A DNA stretch of 64,000 bases, taken from assembly GCF_009834535.1 (NCBI RefSeq), contig NC_045717.1, positions 27,156,001 through 27,220,000 on the forward strand. Direction: 5' to 3'. Below, piece by piece: positions 33,561 through 46,474 of this stretch. The translations under genes were made by a program, and so were the position numbers. Source of the DNA: Camelus ferus. Its lineage: Eukaryota. The notes beneath the pieces were generated by a model, which was not told the DNA's origin, made no database searches, and worked only from the letters and a program-made list of their open reading frames with translations. Each line of letters starts with the position of its first letter. Position 1 is the first letter of the stretch.

Positions 33561-35264
33561 CTTCCGCACTCAGCACTCCTGCAGCACCGACTCCTCAGGT
33601 CCTGGCCGAAGCACGAGAGCCCTGACCCTCCCTCGCCATGCCCTATCTCAGGCTGACCTTTGACCCCATCGAGCCCTGACCCTGGGCTTCACCCGGACCC
33701 CTCCTGAGCTCTGACCTGGCTGCGCCCCGGGCCCGGGCTCCTACACACCTCTGGGTCGGGAGAGTTGGATGTGATGCGCTGGCTTCCATCCCTGCGCCTC
33801 CGCAGGTGACATCTCCCCACGAGGGTGGGCGTGGCAACCGTGGCCTGTGGTGGCCTTGCTGGCAGTTGTCCCAGACAGCCAACAGCTGCACCAACACCAC
33901 GGGCTAGGCTCAGCTGATTCTCTGCCCCGCGCGCGCCAGTACCTGGCCCTCGCTGGTACCAGTGAAGGACAGGCAGGTAAACGGGTCTAGGGAAGGAAAA
34001 GACAGGTGGGGAGGTGGGGAGATAGGAGGAGTCCAGGAGAGAGCCCTCGGCCGAGCAGCAGCTTCACACGACTTTCTCATCAGTGCAAGGGGCTCTGCCC
34101 TCACCCTGGGAGACCTGGTGCGGCCCTGCATGTATGAAGTGGGCTGAGCACACTTTGCCCAGTCTGTCCTTCACACTGCCCTTATCACCGGTGTGGTAGC
34201 GTTGGCAAGCAGCGCCACGCTGATAAACAGTAATTAGAACTGATTATGATTCTTCCAGAGGTGTCCCAAGATATCTCCCTGCATACACCCCCACATTGCA
34301 GGAATTATTGGGTGGGTGGCGGCGGTCCTGGAAATGTAAAGGAGGGTGCCAGGTTTCTGGCCCTCTAGCTGGTCCCAAGTGGGGCCTCCCCCCTTGCCCC
34401 AGGAAAGCCTGCACCTCAGGCTATGAAACACCCTGGAGGGATGGACATCTGGGGTTTTGCCTGTTCTCTGGACATAGCACCTCAGTTTTTCCCTGGGGAC
34501 TTCCACTCTTAGTCTTTGAGGTTGGAATTGGGTCATCCAGTTAGAGAGCTTCAAGTCCCCTGGCTGCAGAGCTTAGTTCAGAAACAGCATGCGATTCAGC
34601 CATCCAATGAGTTGCAGCCTGGGACTTTTTCTGGGGACACAGTGCTGGGGTGCCTCAGCTGGGCCTGGAGCTGTTGGACCACCTTATCACCACGATGAGG
34701 CCTGTGAACAAAGTTGGCTCCGGAAAGCCAAGCTGACTGGTGAGAAAGTGCTGATGACCCTATTTGCGCTCCTGGATCCAGCCATGCCTGATTCCCCTTG
34801 CAATGGTGCAAGTTAATGAATTACTTCTTTTCTTATAAGGCAGTCTGAGTTGAGTCTTCCATCACATGTCACAGGAGAGCCCTGAATTCAGATCTAGGTT
34901 CTGCTAGGACTTTGGAAGTGGGCCTCAAATGGACCTGTTCATTTGTAAAATGGGTGACGTGAGGGAATACTTGAAAAGCTCTTAGCATAGAGCTGGAACA
35001 TGTTATGGAGACTTGCACAATAGCATCTTGCTGCAGTTGTGCCTGTTAGGACAGGCATCATCTCAGGAGACAGAGGGGCTGTAGGGGTGAAGAAAAGGGG
35101 TGCCTGGGAGAGAATGTGGCCCCTGATGGGGGAGAGGGCCATGGAGCCGGGGACAAAGGCTACATGTGGGTGTACTCTGGACATGACAGAACAGGCTTCA
35201 GGGTCAGCTCTGCCTCTTTCAGGCTGTGCAATCTGGGACACAGTTACGCACTGTGGCAGAGAAT

Positions 35265-35650
35265 AATGCCCAGCAGACGTCCACATCCTGACCCCAGAGC
35301 CTGGGAACGTGCGACCTCGCCTGAGAGAAGGAACCTTGAGAAGGGGATGTCCTGGTTATCCAGGTGGGCCCAGAGCAATCCCGCAGCGGTGGGAGGGTCA
35401 GAGTCAGAGAGAGACGGGAGATGCTGCTCTGCTGGTGGTGAGGGTGGAGGGAGGGGCCGTGAGCCGGGGATGCAGTGCCTCTAGAAGCTAGAAAAGGCAG
35501 GACCCGAATCTCCTCTGGAGCCTCCAGAGGGACTAGCCCTTCTCATGTCTGGATTTTAGGACTTCTGACCTCTGGAATTGTAAGGTCACAAACTTGCATT
35601 GTTTTAAGTCACTGACTTTGTGGTGATTTGTTACAACAGCCACAGGAAGT
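35265..35650 (+). mobile_element. MLT1 solo LTR
   Basis: gcagagaataatgcccagcagacgtccacatcctgacccc...cctctagaagctagaaaaggc...gatttgttacaacagccacaggaa. Confidence 0.8.
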
Positions 35651-35699
35651 GAGTACCCTCACCTCTGTGAGCGTCAGGTTCTTCCTCTGGAAAATTGAT

Positions 35700-36120
35700 T
35701 AATTGGTTCATGGCCTTCCACGGACAAATCTAGGTGCCAGAGGTACAGTAGTGAATAAAATAAGTAAAAACTCCTGCCCTCGGAGAGGCAGGGAGAAGGG
35801 ACTTAAGCAAGCTATAAATAAGTAAGCAACTTCCGGTAGCAGTAATTGCTGCGGAGGAAAATGAAGCACAGTGAAGCAGTAGCAACAGGGGCGGGGGCAG
35901 GAGGGTTATTTTGATTAGGAGGCCAGGGAGGCATTGCTGAGGAGGTGATATTTGAGCAGAGACCAGAACGGAGTGAGTCAGGAGGAACAGTGTTAGAGGG
36001 AGAAGGACCAGCACGTGTAAAGGCCTGAGGTAGGGACACACTGGACCAGCTAGAGACCAGTGTGCCTGGGGCAGAGTGAGGGACAGAGGCAAGAAAAGAG
36101 GCTGGGGAGTGTCTTGGCTC
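35700..36120. mobile_element. L2 fragment
   Basis: gtgaataaaataagtaaaaactcctgccctc...gaggaggtgatatttgagcagagacc...aaggcctgaggtaggg. Confidence 0.6.
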
Positions 36121-38555
36121 ATCTTTCCTGAGAACTCACTTTGTTTATAGGCCATGTGGTGAGCAGGTGGCTCCAGAATCTAGGCCCAGGTCCTCCGAGC
36201 TCAGCCACCCCAGAAAAAGTCCCAGGGCTGCATCTCATTGGCCAGCTGGAGTCACATGCTGTTCCTGAGCCAATCACTGAGGTGAAGGTGCCTGGCGCAC
36301 TCCTACTGGCTGGTGGGGCTGGTGGGGTTGCCCAGGTGGGTGAGGTTGTGGGCTGGACCAGTGTGGGGAGGATCAGGCAGAATGAAGCTATGATGTGCAA
36401 CCAACAGGATGCAGAGAAGGGCCAGCTAAGGGGGCAGGGGAGGCACCCAGGCCCAGCCCCTGTCCTGGGAGGACCGGGGCTTCCTCAGAGACCACATGCT
36501 CCAGAGGAGTCCCAGGATCAGGGAGGCCGACCAGAGGCTCCATGCTGGACATGGCAGACCTGGGATGTCCTTGAAGAGACACCCAGCAGGTGGTTGGCTC
36601 TCCAGGGCTGCAGTAGGGCAGGGTGGGGCCAGAAGCGTGAATTTGAGACTCCTTGGTGACCAGGCAGTAATCGAAGCCGTGGGCCCAGGAGATGCCAAAT
36701 GAGGAGGAAGCATGAGGAGAGGAGAGGCCCCAGGAGAGCAGGAGGGCGCCTTCCACAGGGAAGCAGGGGAAGAGGGGCAGCCTTCCAGGGGGCTATGGAG
36801 AGACCACCCCAGTGGCGGGGGTGTGGATGACAGGGAGACTGAGGGTCCACCCTGCTGTGAGGTCAGGTAAGCAGGACAGCTCAGCTTCCCCAGGCAAAGG
36901 TCATAGCAGGACTTCTGGACCCAAGACCAGGTATGATGGCGACTCAGGGGAGGCAGTGAGGGAAACTGGACAGGGCAAGGGGTGACCCCTGCTGGAGTTG
37001 GCCTCAGCCTGACCTGGGGGCCCTGGAGGGTGAGCTGCCCCCAGAGTCAGGTCCACCTGAGGCAAGGGGACCAGCTTTAGGGCTGGTGGTCACTCATTGG
37101 CCACTCCTGCCTGAGATGGGGGATGGTGCCTCCTGGGCTGGGGTCCATCTCTGTGGAGGGACAGCTGTGAGCCACGGCAGCTGGGAAGGAGGTCTGGTGG
37201 TACCAGTGACACCGGCTTCACCCTAAGCAGCCCAGTTTCCGACGGCCAGGAGGGAGAGGTTCCCCAGTGGTCCCCAGTGGGACCACAGACTGACCAGCAG
37301 CTGCTGGGGCCTGCGAGCCCACCGTGCCATGTGGCCTGCTCCTGGCCTGCACTTAAAGCAGGTGCTGCGCCTGGCCGCAAGCTCTTGGCGGGGGCCTTGC
37401 CACCTCTGGTTCGCTGAGGCTGTCTAGCCCCTAAATGCTCATCCCAGGTGGCTGAGGCTTCAGGCGCATTTCCGGAGCACCATGCTTACTGAGCGGTACG
37501 CTGTTTGTGGTTATGTAACAAATGACCCCAAAACTTCATGGCTGAAAACAGTAACAACCATTTATTCAGCTCACAGACCTGCAAAGCAGGAGCTGCTAGT
37601 TGGAACACCTCCACGTGGCCTGCGCGTCCTCACAATGTGGGTGTCATGTCCTGGAAGCACCCGCGGGGCGGAAGCTGTGTACTGTCTGTCACAAAAGCCA
37701 TCAAGTTCAAGGAGGGGGACACGGATCCCGCCTCTCATCAGCCCCTTGCAGGGGGTGGGAGAGTCTGGAAGAGCAGGTGGGAACACAAAGAAAGCTGTAA
37801 CTGGAGAACACAGCTGCAATCCGTGGGCTCTCTGATTACCTGCCAGAGGCCAAGGGCAGGTGCTGGGACCTGGGAGGCAAGGTGGTCCCGCCTTCAGCAG
37901 CTTGTGAAGGGCTTTAGATTCTGTCCCCATGTGATCGCCCTCAATCAAAATAGGGGCTGTCCTGAGTCCTATTTAACTGAGGAGGAAGCTTAGGCCAAGA
38001 GAGTGAAGTCACCCAGCAGGAATTGTTCTGGGCTGGGACTCTGCTCCCTTGGCATCCTGCCTCCAGGAAGCCACTCTGTGGGGTGCTTGGTGAACCTCGC
38101 AGGTGCGCCTGGACCCCTGACGGACCTGACGGCAGCGGTGGAGGCGGAGGCAGCGTTGGGTCTGGGGTGCCGAGTGCGGGCCTGCGTTGGGTGGCACCCT
38201 TGCTGGTGCTGGGACTGTCCCTCCTCTGGGCCTCGGTCTCCCCACCTGTGGGCAGTGGTTTGCCTTCCCCCTAGGGCAGCGTGAGCCCAGACACAGCAGG
38301 GCTTAGGGTGTCTCAGTAGTTTCCACCATTGCGGGCGTGACTGTCAGCCCAGCTGACTTCTGGGACAGAGGCTGGGGAGGAACTGCTTGGCGCTCGTAAG
38401 GAGCTGGCCGTGCCTCCTGGGTCTCTGGGCTGCTGGGTGCCCAGTGCCCTCGGCCCCCATAAAGCCTGGGATGCCATGGGGTTTCCGGGCGGCGGTGAGA
38501 CAAGGCTGGGGCTGGGGCAGCGCGCACACACACCAGGTCAGCCTCGGTAACAGAC

Positions 38556-38561
38556 TTTATT
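38556..38561 (-). terminator. TPGS1: TPGS1 polyadenylation signal
   Basis: AATAAA about 237 nt after the stop codon. Confidence 0.75.
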
Positions 38562-38797
38562 TCTGTGGATAAGAGGGGCCTTGGCGGGAGTCCGGAGAGG
38601 GAGCTTTGGCCTCCGCCTGAAGGGGGCTGGGACATCATTTCAGGTAGGAAGCTGGTGGTGGTGGGGGGCTCCCCCTAGCCCGCTGGCATGCAGGGACATC
38701 CCAGTCCTGGCCCCGGACTATGTTCCAGCCGGGAGCAGCCAGCCGGACCTTCAGGGCCCCAGCTCTGGGCGCAGGTGGCAGCAGTCGAGGGAAGGGC

Positions 38798-39332
38798 TCA
38801 GCCCACCGGCTTGACCTTGGCAATGAAGAGGGCGGTGGCCTTCTCCAGGAACTCCTCCCGGGTCATGGGGGCGCTGGGCCGCCGGGCCACCAGGGCGCGG
38901 TCCATGGCCAGTGCCAGGCTGTCGGGCCCCAGGCGTGAGCCGGCCTCCAGGTAGCGCGCGGGCGCGGTGTCGTCGCTGGCCTGCAGGGCCCCCTCGAGGG
39001 TGTCCAGCACCGCCTGGCCCACGCGGCGGTCGGCCGTGGCCAGGCCCGGGTCCTCCAGCAGCCGGTAGAGGGCGCCGGCGCGCGCCACGAACTCCAGCAG
39101 CACAAAGCAGGTGAGCATCCCCGAGCGGAAGACGGCCAGCGGCACAGCCTCGTGGTCTCGGCACTGGATCTTGCGCAGCAGGGGCGCCACGACCTCCTCA
39201 GGGGCCTCCCCGTCCCGGCAGATGCGCTTCAGCAGCTCGCTGTACGTGCGCCCGTCCAGCCCCGGCTTCTTCTTGCGCCCGCTGGCGCTCAGGCACTCGT
39301 AGGCCACGCCGACGTTGTTGTTGAAGGCTGTC
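38798..39332 (-). CDS. TPGS1: Tubulin polyglutamylase complex subunit 1, exon 2
   Basis: 535 nt, [15 protein letters not shown]...FIAKVKPVG*, cag acceptor. Confidence 0.97.
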
Positions 39333-40569
39333 CTGCGGGGCGGACCGGGACGTTGGGCCAGCCGGGCAGAGCCCCGCCCCGCCCCGCCCCACCCTCGGCC
39401 CCTGCCCCGCAGCTCCTCCTCCAGCACACCAGGCCCGTACAACCTCAGGGCCTGTGCACCAGCTATGCCCTCCCTGGAGTGCGCTTCCCCAGACCTCCCC
39501 AGGCTCCTCCCAGTCTTTGCCTCTCTGGGGGAGAGGGGCCTCCCCAACTCCCTGACCTCTTCCTCTACTTTTTTTCCTGGCGGTCATCACATTAGACCCA
39601 CTGTCTGGGGTCCTCAGGAGTTTCCTCTCTCCCACATCTGCCCAGGAGTCCACATCAGGGGGCTTATCTGTTGGTCACTGTTACAGCCCCAGTGCCCAGA
39701 ACGCTGCCCAGGGGGCCGAGGATCGTCTGATGACTCAACCAACGGGCACCTGCCCACGGACTCTCCAGCGGCCCTCCCGCTGATGATGCCTGCACTGACA
39801 GGCTCTCTGGGGCCAGACACCGTGCCCACCTTTCCTCCTCGCACAGGCCAAGAGTTGAACCACAGATGTGGCTCAAACCTGGCTGCTGCCTGTTTCTGTA
39901 AAGATTTGTTGGCATATGGCCATGTCAGTCCCAGACGGGCTGCCTGGGGCTGCAACGGCTGGGGGCCGAGGGACACACCAAGGATCAGCTGCCTCTTGAG
40001 GACCCTGCGCTCTTTGCTTCCTTCATCTGGAAAAAGAGGGTCCTAATCCCCGAATCTCAGGATTCTTGGGAGGGCAGAGGGTAAGTTTTGGGCCAAGTGC
40101 TTCAGACTGTGCCTGGCATGTGGGAGGGGCCCCATGTGTACCTGTCATTAGCTGTAACCAGTGCTGCAGCTCAGCCACTGCCTGGATGCTGGTGACCACA
40201 GGCTTCTGGCCCCGTGGGCAGGGAGACTCATGGAGGAGCAGTGACACCCAGTGAGACTGGAGGATCAGGCGGGCAGCCCAGAGGAAGGCCAAACTCAACC
40301 TCTAGGCCCCGCCTCCCATCCGTCCTCCCTGGGGTTCCCCCTGGCAGCTCCCAGCCACGAGGGGGCGCCCATGCCACCTGCTGAACCGTCCTGGCGGCCT
40401 AGGCTCTGGCCCTCAGTTTCCCTGTCTGTGCAGTGGGGCCTGGGCACAACTGAGGCTCCACTCGGGTCAGCCCCACACCCAGCAGTTTGCAAACCATCTG
40501 CGCGTTTGTTTAAAAGGAACCGATTTATGGATTGTGTCCAGAAACAGACACGGAGATTTTCCACTGTGG

Positions 40570-41135
40570 ACTGGGGGCTCTCAATGGGGGTGACTCCGCC
40601 CCCAGGGGACACTGGGTGATATCTGGGGACAGTTTTGGTTGTCACCACTGGATGGCTGGAGGCCCGGGATGATGCTGCCCATCACCCACAGGGTGCCCCC
40701 CCCCCCCCCAGAGTGTGACCCAGCCCCCATGTCAGCAGTGCCCAGGGGGAGAGACCCTGGTTAACTATTTGGAAAGAAATTCGGTTCTCTCCCTGCTCAC
40801 ACCAGACACCCGCATGAATTCCCACTGAGTCAGACGTTGTAAACCAAGGTGACTCCCAGCTCTGAGTCACCCCCGCCTCCCTCTCACTCAGGTATGTACT
40901 TAAATGTGTGCAGCACCCGAGGACCTCAGAGGTCAGAGGGTCATGAATGCAGTCTCTTGGGGCCAGTGAAATCCCTAACCCAGGGGTCTGGCCAGGGGAG
41001 ATTCTGACCCCAGGGGACTCTGGGGACATCTGTGGTTGTCACGGCTGGGGGTGGCTCCTGGCATCGAGTGGGTGGAGTCAGGGATGCGGCTCCACACCCC
41101 CCAGTGCCCGGCATGCTCCCTAGAGGATGCTCTGA
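40570..41135 (+). mobile_element. Two MER20-like hAT MITEs (40570-40760, 40970-41135)
   Basis: ctctcaatgggggtgactccgcccccaggggacactggg...ttttggttgtcac; second copy ggggacatctgtggttgtcacggctggggg. Confidence 0.7.
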
Positions 41136-41789
41136 GCTGAGACTGGCATAGACCCTTTGGTGCTTCCGCGTGTTTTCTGGGTCCACAGGATCTGCAGGGG
41201 TCGCACTCTTGCTGAACCTCTGAGCACTCAGTGGCTCAGAGGGAGGCCTTCAGGCCACAGTGCCCAGGTGGCCTCAGCCAGTCCTGGGACAGTCCTGCTT
41301 GTGCTCTGGGGGCCAGTAGAATGTCAAAGCTGCCATCACCAGTCCTAGCAGCCAGAGCTTTTGATTTCTTGAGATGCCAGCAGAGGCTGGCCTCATTTTG
41401 GTTGTGCTCTCCCCAAATCTCTCATTTTGGTTGAGTTCTCCCCAAATCTTTCATGCTGGTGATGCTCTCAAGAACAGCCCCAGGACGCCCCAGCCAACCC
41501 CTTGGCGTCAGGACAAAGCTGCCTGACGGAGGGACCACCTATCTCCGAAATCCAGGACTCACCTGGCCTGGCTTCCGCTTCTCGCCCATCGGCCAAGGAT
41601 AAGGGGCTCCTGGCTGCGACCCCACCTTCTGAGTTCACCACTGGCTCTGTCTCTTGGGAGACCAGGTGAGCCCAGGTGCCAGGGCACATCAGCCACCAGC
41701 ACCTGCCACTCACCCTCTGTGCCCCTCCTCTCCCAACTGTCACCAGCCCCTGGCTCCAGCACCCCTGAAGTGCTGTGCACAGCATCCCC

Positions 41790-42165
41790 TGAATGTAGGT
41801 CCATCCAGCACCTGTGAGTGTGACCATATTTGGAAATGGGGTCTCTGCCGATGTGATCAGCTCAGGATCTGGAGATGAGGTGGCCCTATATCCAATGCCA
41901 AGTGTCCTATTAAGAGAGAGGACAGAGACACGGAGAAGCCGTGGGGAAGACAAGGCAGAGATGGGAGGGAAGCAGTCACAAGCCCAGGACACCTGGAGCC
42001 CCCAGGGGCCGGAAGAGGCAGGAAGGACCCTCCCCTGGAGCCTCCAGAGAGAACACAGCCCTGACACACCTTGATTTCAGACTCTGGCCTCCAGAACAGT
42101 GGAGGATACACGTCTGTTGTTTCAAGTCCCCAAGTCTGTGGTCATTTGTTACAGCAGCTCTAGGA
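41790..42165 (+). mobile_element. MLT1 solo LTR
   Basis: gtgagtgtgaccatatttggaaatggggtctctgc...gacaccttgatttcagactctggcctccagaac. Confidence 0.8.
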
Positions 42166-43969
42166 ATCTCAAACAGCCCCCTTGGCTCTAAATCCATCAG
42201 ACACTTCCCAGCCCTCATCTATCGGGCCATCGGACACAGGGCCACTGCCAGCCCACAAGGTGTCTCTGTGTGAATCAGGGAAAAAGCTCTACAAAAAGCC
42301 TTCATATAAATGTTCTTGTCTGTGATGTCTATGGGGGGGGGGGGTGAGTGGCTTGCACAGTGCGCGACCTGAACAACTGTACATGGTGGTCCTGCCACTG
42401 ACTTTCTTCCTCCTTGGAGGATGTCCTGGAATGTCACTCTCTTCTAGTTCTCTCCTTCATGTCTGGTCTGCCTTCTCATGCTTTTCTGTGGGTTTTCTGA
42501 GCTGGGGCTCCTTGAAGTCAGTGCCTGGGGTCTTAGCCCTCCCAGGTGACAAACCTCCTGTAGCAGTCACATGTCTCAGTTGCAGACCCGACTGTCCACC
42601 TTCCTGCTGCGAGGTTTACCCAGACCCTGAATGAATAGTCCCCAAGCAACTCTGGAAATTTCCCCAAACCAGTGACTTCCCATCTCACAGACCACCTGAG
42701 ACTGTTCGTGCACAACCCCTGCCACCTCGGCCCCAGCAAACCCAGCACCTCAACCTTCAGAGCCTGCGCTGAGCACATGGACACCCACCAGCCCACTCCC
42801 CTCCCTAGGTCCCCATCTCAGGGGTGGCCCCGGCCATCCTGCAGCTTTTCCTGGCTGTCACTTTGGACACCCTGCTCTCCCCTCCCCTTGTGGTGGAGAT
42901 CTGGTGCTCCTCTCCACGCCCCTTCCACACCCTGGCTCCCTTCCCAGCCTCTCTGTGCTTCCCTTCTCTTGGGGTCTGCACCTTGACTCTCTTGGGAGGG
43001 GGGTCTGTGGGCAGGGAGTGCTGGGGGTCAGACTGAAACTCTCCCTTGCTTGGCCTCCTCCTCCTCCATGGGTTCTCTGGGGAGCGACCTCTTAAAATTA
43101 CCCCCACGTGAATGCTAGCCTCAGACCCTGCTTCTGGGAATCCACCCCCACCCCCAACCTAAGACCCAGCCCAGCCACATCCAGCCGTGACCTTATCTGG
43201 TTGATGCTGCGTGTCAACTTCTTCCCATCCTCTGGACGCGGACCACTCACTCAAAGCATGTTCCTCAGCCCCCTTCCCTGGGCTCAGAGATGGGCGGGGC
43301 GGGGCGGGGTGGGGTGGGGGAAGCCATCCCCTCCACCCCACCATGCTTCAGCCACAGGAAGCATCCACTGCCTTCCCTCCCCCAGTGGGTCCTTCACGGC
43401 AGCACTACAGCTTCCAGGCCAGTGCACTTGCTTGCCTCGTGACTGAAACACCTTTCCCTGTGTGTCGCGCAGGCCCCTTCCTCGGTGCCTGCTGGGGGCC
43501 TACTCCTAGGGTAGGGGCCTTGGGTGACTGGTTTTCTCTGTGTCTCCACGGCCCAGACCTACAAATACTCATTTTCTGGCTTAACGGACGGGGATGCTAC
43601 AATGCTGTTAACGAGGCTGCTAGGAGGGACCTGGCTCAGAGAATTGCTCTGCAACCTTGGGCTAAGTCCTTTCTGGGCTCCATGACTTTCAAAAGTGGAG
43701 TGGGCTGCAAGGGGGAACTCAGCACCTGCAAAGAGGCATCATAAAAGACGAAGTGGGCCAGAGCTATCGACGCAAGCACTCAGCTAGGTGCCACGCTGGG
43801 GACCTCCAGCCCGTCAAGGTCTGCGCCCATCCCGCCACATGTGCAGCGGACTACAGTTCCCAGCATGCCTCGCGCTCGGGCGCCAAGGGCGGGGGAGCCG
43901 CGCGGAGCACGCTGGGAGTTGAAGTCCGGCCGCGGCCCCTAGCCGCCCAGGACCGGCCCCGCCCCGCAC

Positions 43970-44307
43970 CTCTGGGAGTGGTGAGCCAGGCGAAGGTGCC
44001 ACAGCGCGCGGCCCAGTCGCTGCTGCTGCAGCAGGAGCTGGCCCGGTGGCTCCCCGGCGCCGCCGTTTGTAGGCGAGCGCAGGCCCATGTTCTCGAAGTA
44101 GTGCGCCAGGAAGGCGATAGGCTCCTCGGGTCGCGCCTCCAGCACTTTCAGCAGGGCCGTGCGCAGCATCTCCGTCACCCCGACCTGCCGCAGGAAGTCC
44201 TCCTCACTCTCGGTCATCGCCGCCGTTCGAGACGCCCCCGGCCGGCCGCTGTCTGTGAAACCGGCCGCCTGGGATACAGCCAGCCGCCGCTTCTCCACCG
44301 TCGCCAT
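43970..44307 (-). CDS. TPGS1: TPGS1 exon 1. Full CDS 873 nt, 290 aa
   Basis: MATVEKRR...[40 protein letters not shown]...LAHHSQR, 338 nt, donor gtgcgg. Confidence 0.96.
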
Positions 44308-44670
44308 CTTCGCTGAGGGCAGCGGGACCGGAAGTGTCGCCATATTTCATAGCGCGCTGGCGCCTCGGGGCAGCCATCTTAGTTAAGGGCAGAGAGCGCC
44401 TGAATCCCCCTGGAAGACTCTGGGAACTAACCAGCTCAGGACACCATTTCCCTTTGGTTCTAATTGGCACTCTCTCTCCGGCTTCCTCTTTACGTGTGTC
44501 GGTTCGCTTTCCTGGCTTAGGCTCGGAACCTAAATCTTTGCCCGACTCCAAGATGGATTCCCTAGGAAGGGCTTGGTTTCTGGTATGAAGCCGGACTGGT
44601 TGCCATCTTGGTAGTGGGCGAGTCCTTTAGTAGCATGGTCCCCTAGCAACCAGCATCCTTGGTGACCAAA
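44303..44670 (-). promoter_or_regulatory. TPGS1: TPGS1 promoter with YY1, ETS and RFX X-box motifs
   Basis: GCCATCTT at 44303, 44373 and 44602; GCCATATT at 44339; CCGGAAGT at 44328; GTCCCCTAGCAAC at 44638-44650. Confidence 0.7.
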
Positions 44671-45399
44671 GAAGCTTGGAGAGCGAGGGCGGGATGGCTC
44701 CACCCATACTCCGGGACAAAGCGCCGCCCCCCATCCCGCCCTTTTCTGACTTTCACCTCGGAGCCTTTGTGCTCAGCCAGGCCTTCAGCTTAACACAGTC
44801 TCCGCCTGAGTTTGTAGCTCAACTCTTTGGGAAAGGCTCCCCCCACTCCAGGCTGGGTTAGGGGGTCTGCTCTGAGCCCTCGCGGCCACTAGTCCCCCCG
44901 ACTGCACTTGTTCGCGGAATGAGTGGACCACCCACGGTCCCCAGTTCCCTGTCCCAGGCTGTTACCTTACCTTACCAATAGAAGGATCTTTTTCACTGCA
45001 CCCTCCGTAGCTGTAAACTCTCCCATAGCTCCCCAGTTCCTGTAGGCCCTGAAATCTACAGCCAGCCTCGCCCTCGCCTCTCCTACCGCCTCAGTCCCCA
45101 GCTACCCTAAAAGAGATGCAGTTTCCCTTAACAAGCCACGTCTCTTCTGTGTCCTTGCCCTTGCTGTCTCCCAACTAATACTTTTCTCTGCTTCTTTTCA
45201 GGACTCTTACTTATTCTTTTAGTTCCAGTGTCCCCACATCCAGGAAAAGCACCAGGAAGAGGGCAAGCCTCTCGCCCAACCCTGGCCAAGGAGGGTGAGG
45301 GTGTGTGTCCCTCCTTGTCTCTCTGGGGAGTCATCTAGAGCAGAGGGTTCCAGGTTCCTCATACCATCACAGGAACCACCCAGGTCAGACCAGATGCTC

Positions 45400-45405
45400 T
45401 TTATT
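45400..45405 (-). terminator. MADCAM1: MADCAM1 polyadenylation signal
   Basis: AATAAA about 229 nt after the stop codon. Confidence 0.75.
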
Positions 45406-45633
45406 CTCTAGCTATGCACCATTGGGGTGGGGGAGGCTCCCCAGGGCTCCACTGAGGGGAAGCCCAGCCTGCTGGGGAAGCCGGATGTGTTGGCCATCAG
45501 GGTAAAGGGCCCACGGTTAGCCCCCCTGCTGCCCAGAACCCTGCTAACGTCCTCTAGTCGCAACTGAGTGGAAGGAAAGTCCCCCTCAGTGTGGTCCAGG
45601 CAGGGCAGGGGGCCCAGAGTGCGGCCTTGGCCA

Positions 45634-45743
45634 TCAGCTGGTGTGCCGGCAGCGTTTCTGCAGGTGGTAGATGAGGAACGCCAGGAGAAGCAGCCCCAGA
45701 ACCAAGCTGCCGGTCCACAGGGCTGCAGAGGTTGGCGAGGAAC
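45634..45743 (-). CDS. MADCAM1: MAdCAM-1 exon 5, TM and short cytoplasmic tail
   Basis: CSSPTSAALWTGSLVLGLLLLAFLIYHLQKRCRHTS*, cag acceptor. Confidence 0.92.
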
Positions 45744-45959
45744 CTGGAGAAAGACACATCGGAATACTTACCCCTTTCTGAAGGTTTTGGGGGAGCAGCC
45801 CAGCAGTCTGCCTAAGGCACCCCAATTCACCAAGTTCTCTGAAATTTTACAAAGGACTTCATGGTTTGAAACATCTTTTGAGTCATATAAAAATCCCTGG
45901 AATAGCCAAAAGACTTTAAGGTGAGTCTTTTGAAAGGTACATAGGATCTTATAGTTCGA

Positions 45960-46255
45960 GCTGGGCTGTCCAGTGAGGGGGACACTGGCCAGACGGCCTG
46001 TGAAATATGGCCCCTCTGAATGGACAGCCCTGTCCGTGTAAAACACATTGCATTTTGAAGACCAATGTGAAGAAAAAAATTTCACTCATGCTTCTTCATA
46101 GATGACATGTTGAAGTGATAATACCTGAGATGTATTGGGTTCGATGAAATATATTATCAAACTTATTTCTCCTTTTTTCCTGAATGTGGCTACTAGAAAA
46201 ACTGAAATTACCCAAGTAGGTGTGTTCTAGTTCTGTTTCTATTCCACAGGCTGCC
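45960..46255. mobile_element. MER3/MER33-like hAT element
   Basis: gtgtaaaacacattgcattttgaagac...tgaatgtggctactagaaaaactgaaattac. Confidence 0.65.
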
Positions 46256-46474
46256 GTGGCCCACGTAGTTTAGAGTTTACAAAGTGCTGTGGCATCTACA
46301 CGGTCTTGGAAACATAGTTCTCACCACCGTTTAGGCAGCTGTTATCTTGCAGTCCGGGGAGCCCACTGGACAGCTGGGGAAACTGAAGCCAGCAGGATGC
46401 CTCCTTGTCTAAGGCCTTGACAAATTTCCCTCCCTCCCAGCTCCCCCAGTGCCCACCCCAGACCCCAGACTCAC

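Noticed and set aside
32256-33656. Long ORFs of 437 aa (-) and 326 aa (+)
   Set aside because: By-products of the extreme GC content of the CDC34 island. Only the 177-nt exon 1 portion is real coding sequence.
38798-39547. 249-aa ORF suggesting a single-exon gene
   Set aside because: It is TPGS1 exon 2 plus an in-frame intronic extension. The true acceptor is at 39333/39332.
41392-41449. 29-bp direct repeat with CRISPR-like length
   Set aside because: Two adjacent units with no spacer, in a mammalian intron. It is a simple tandem duplication.
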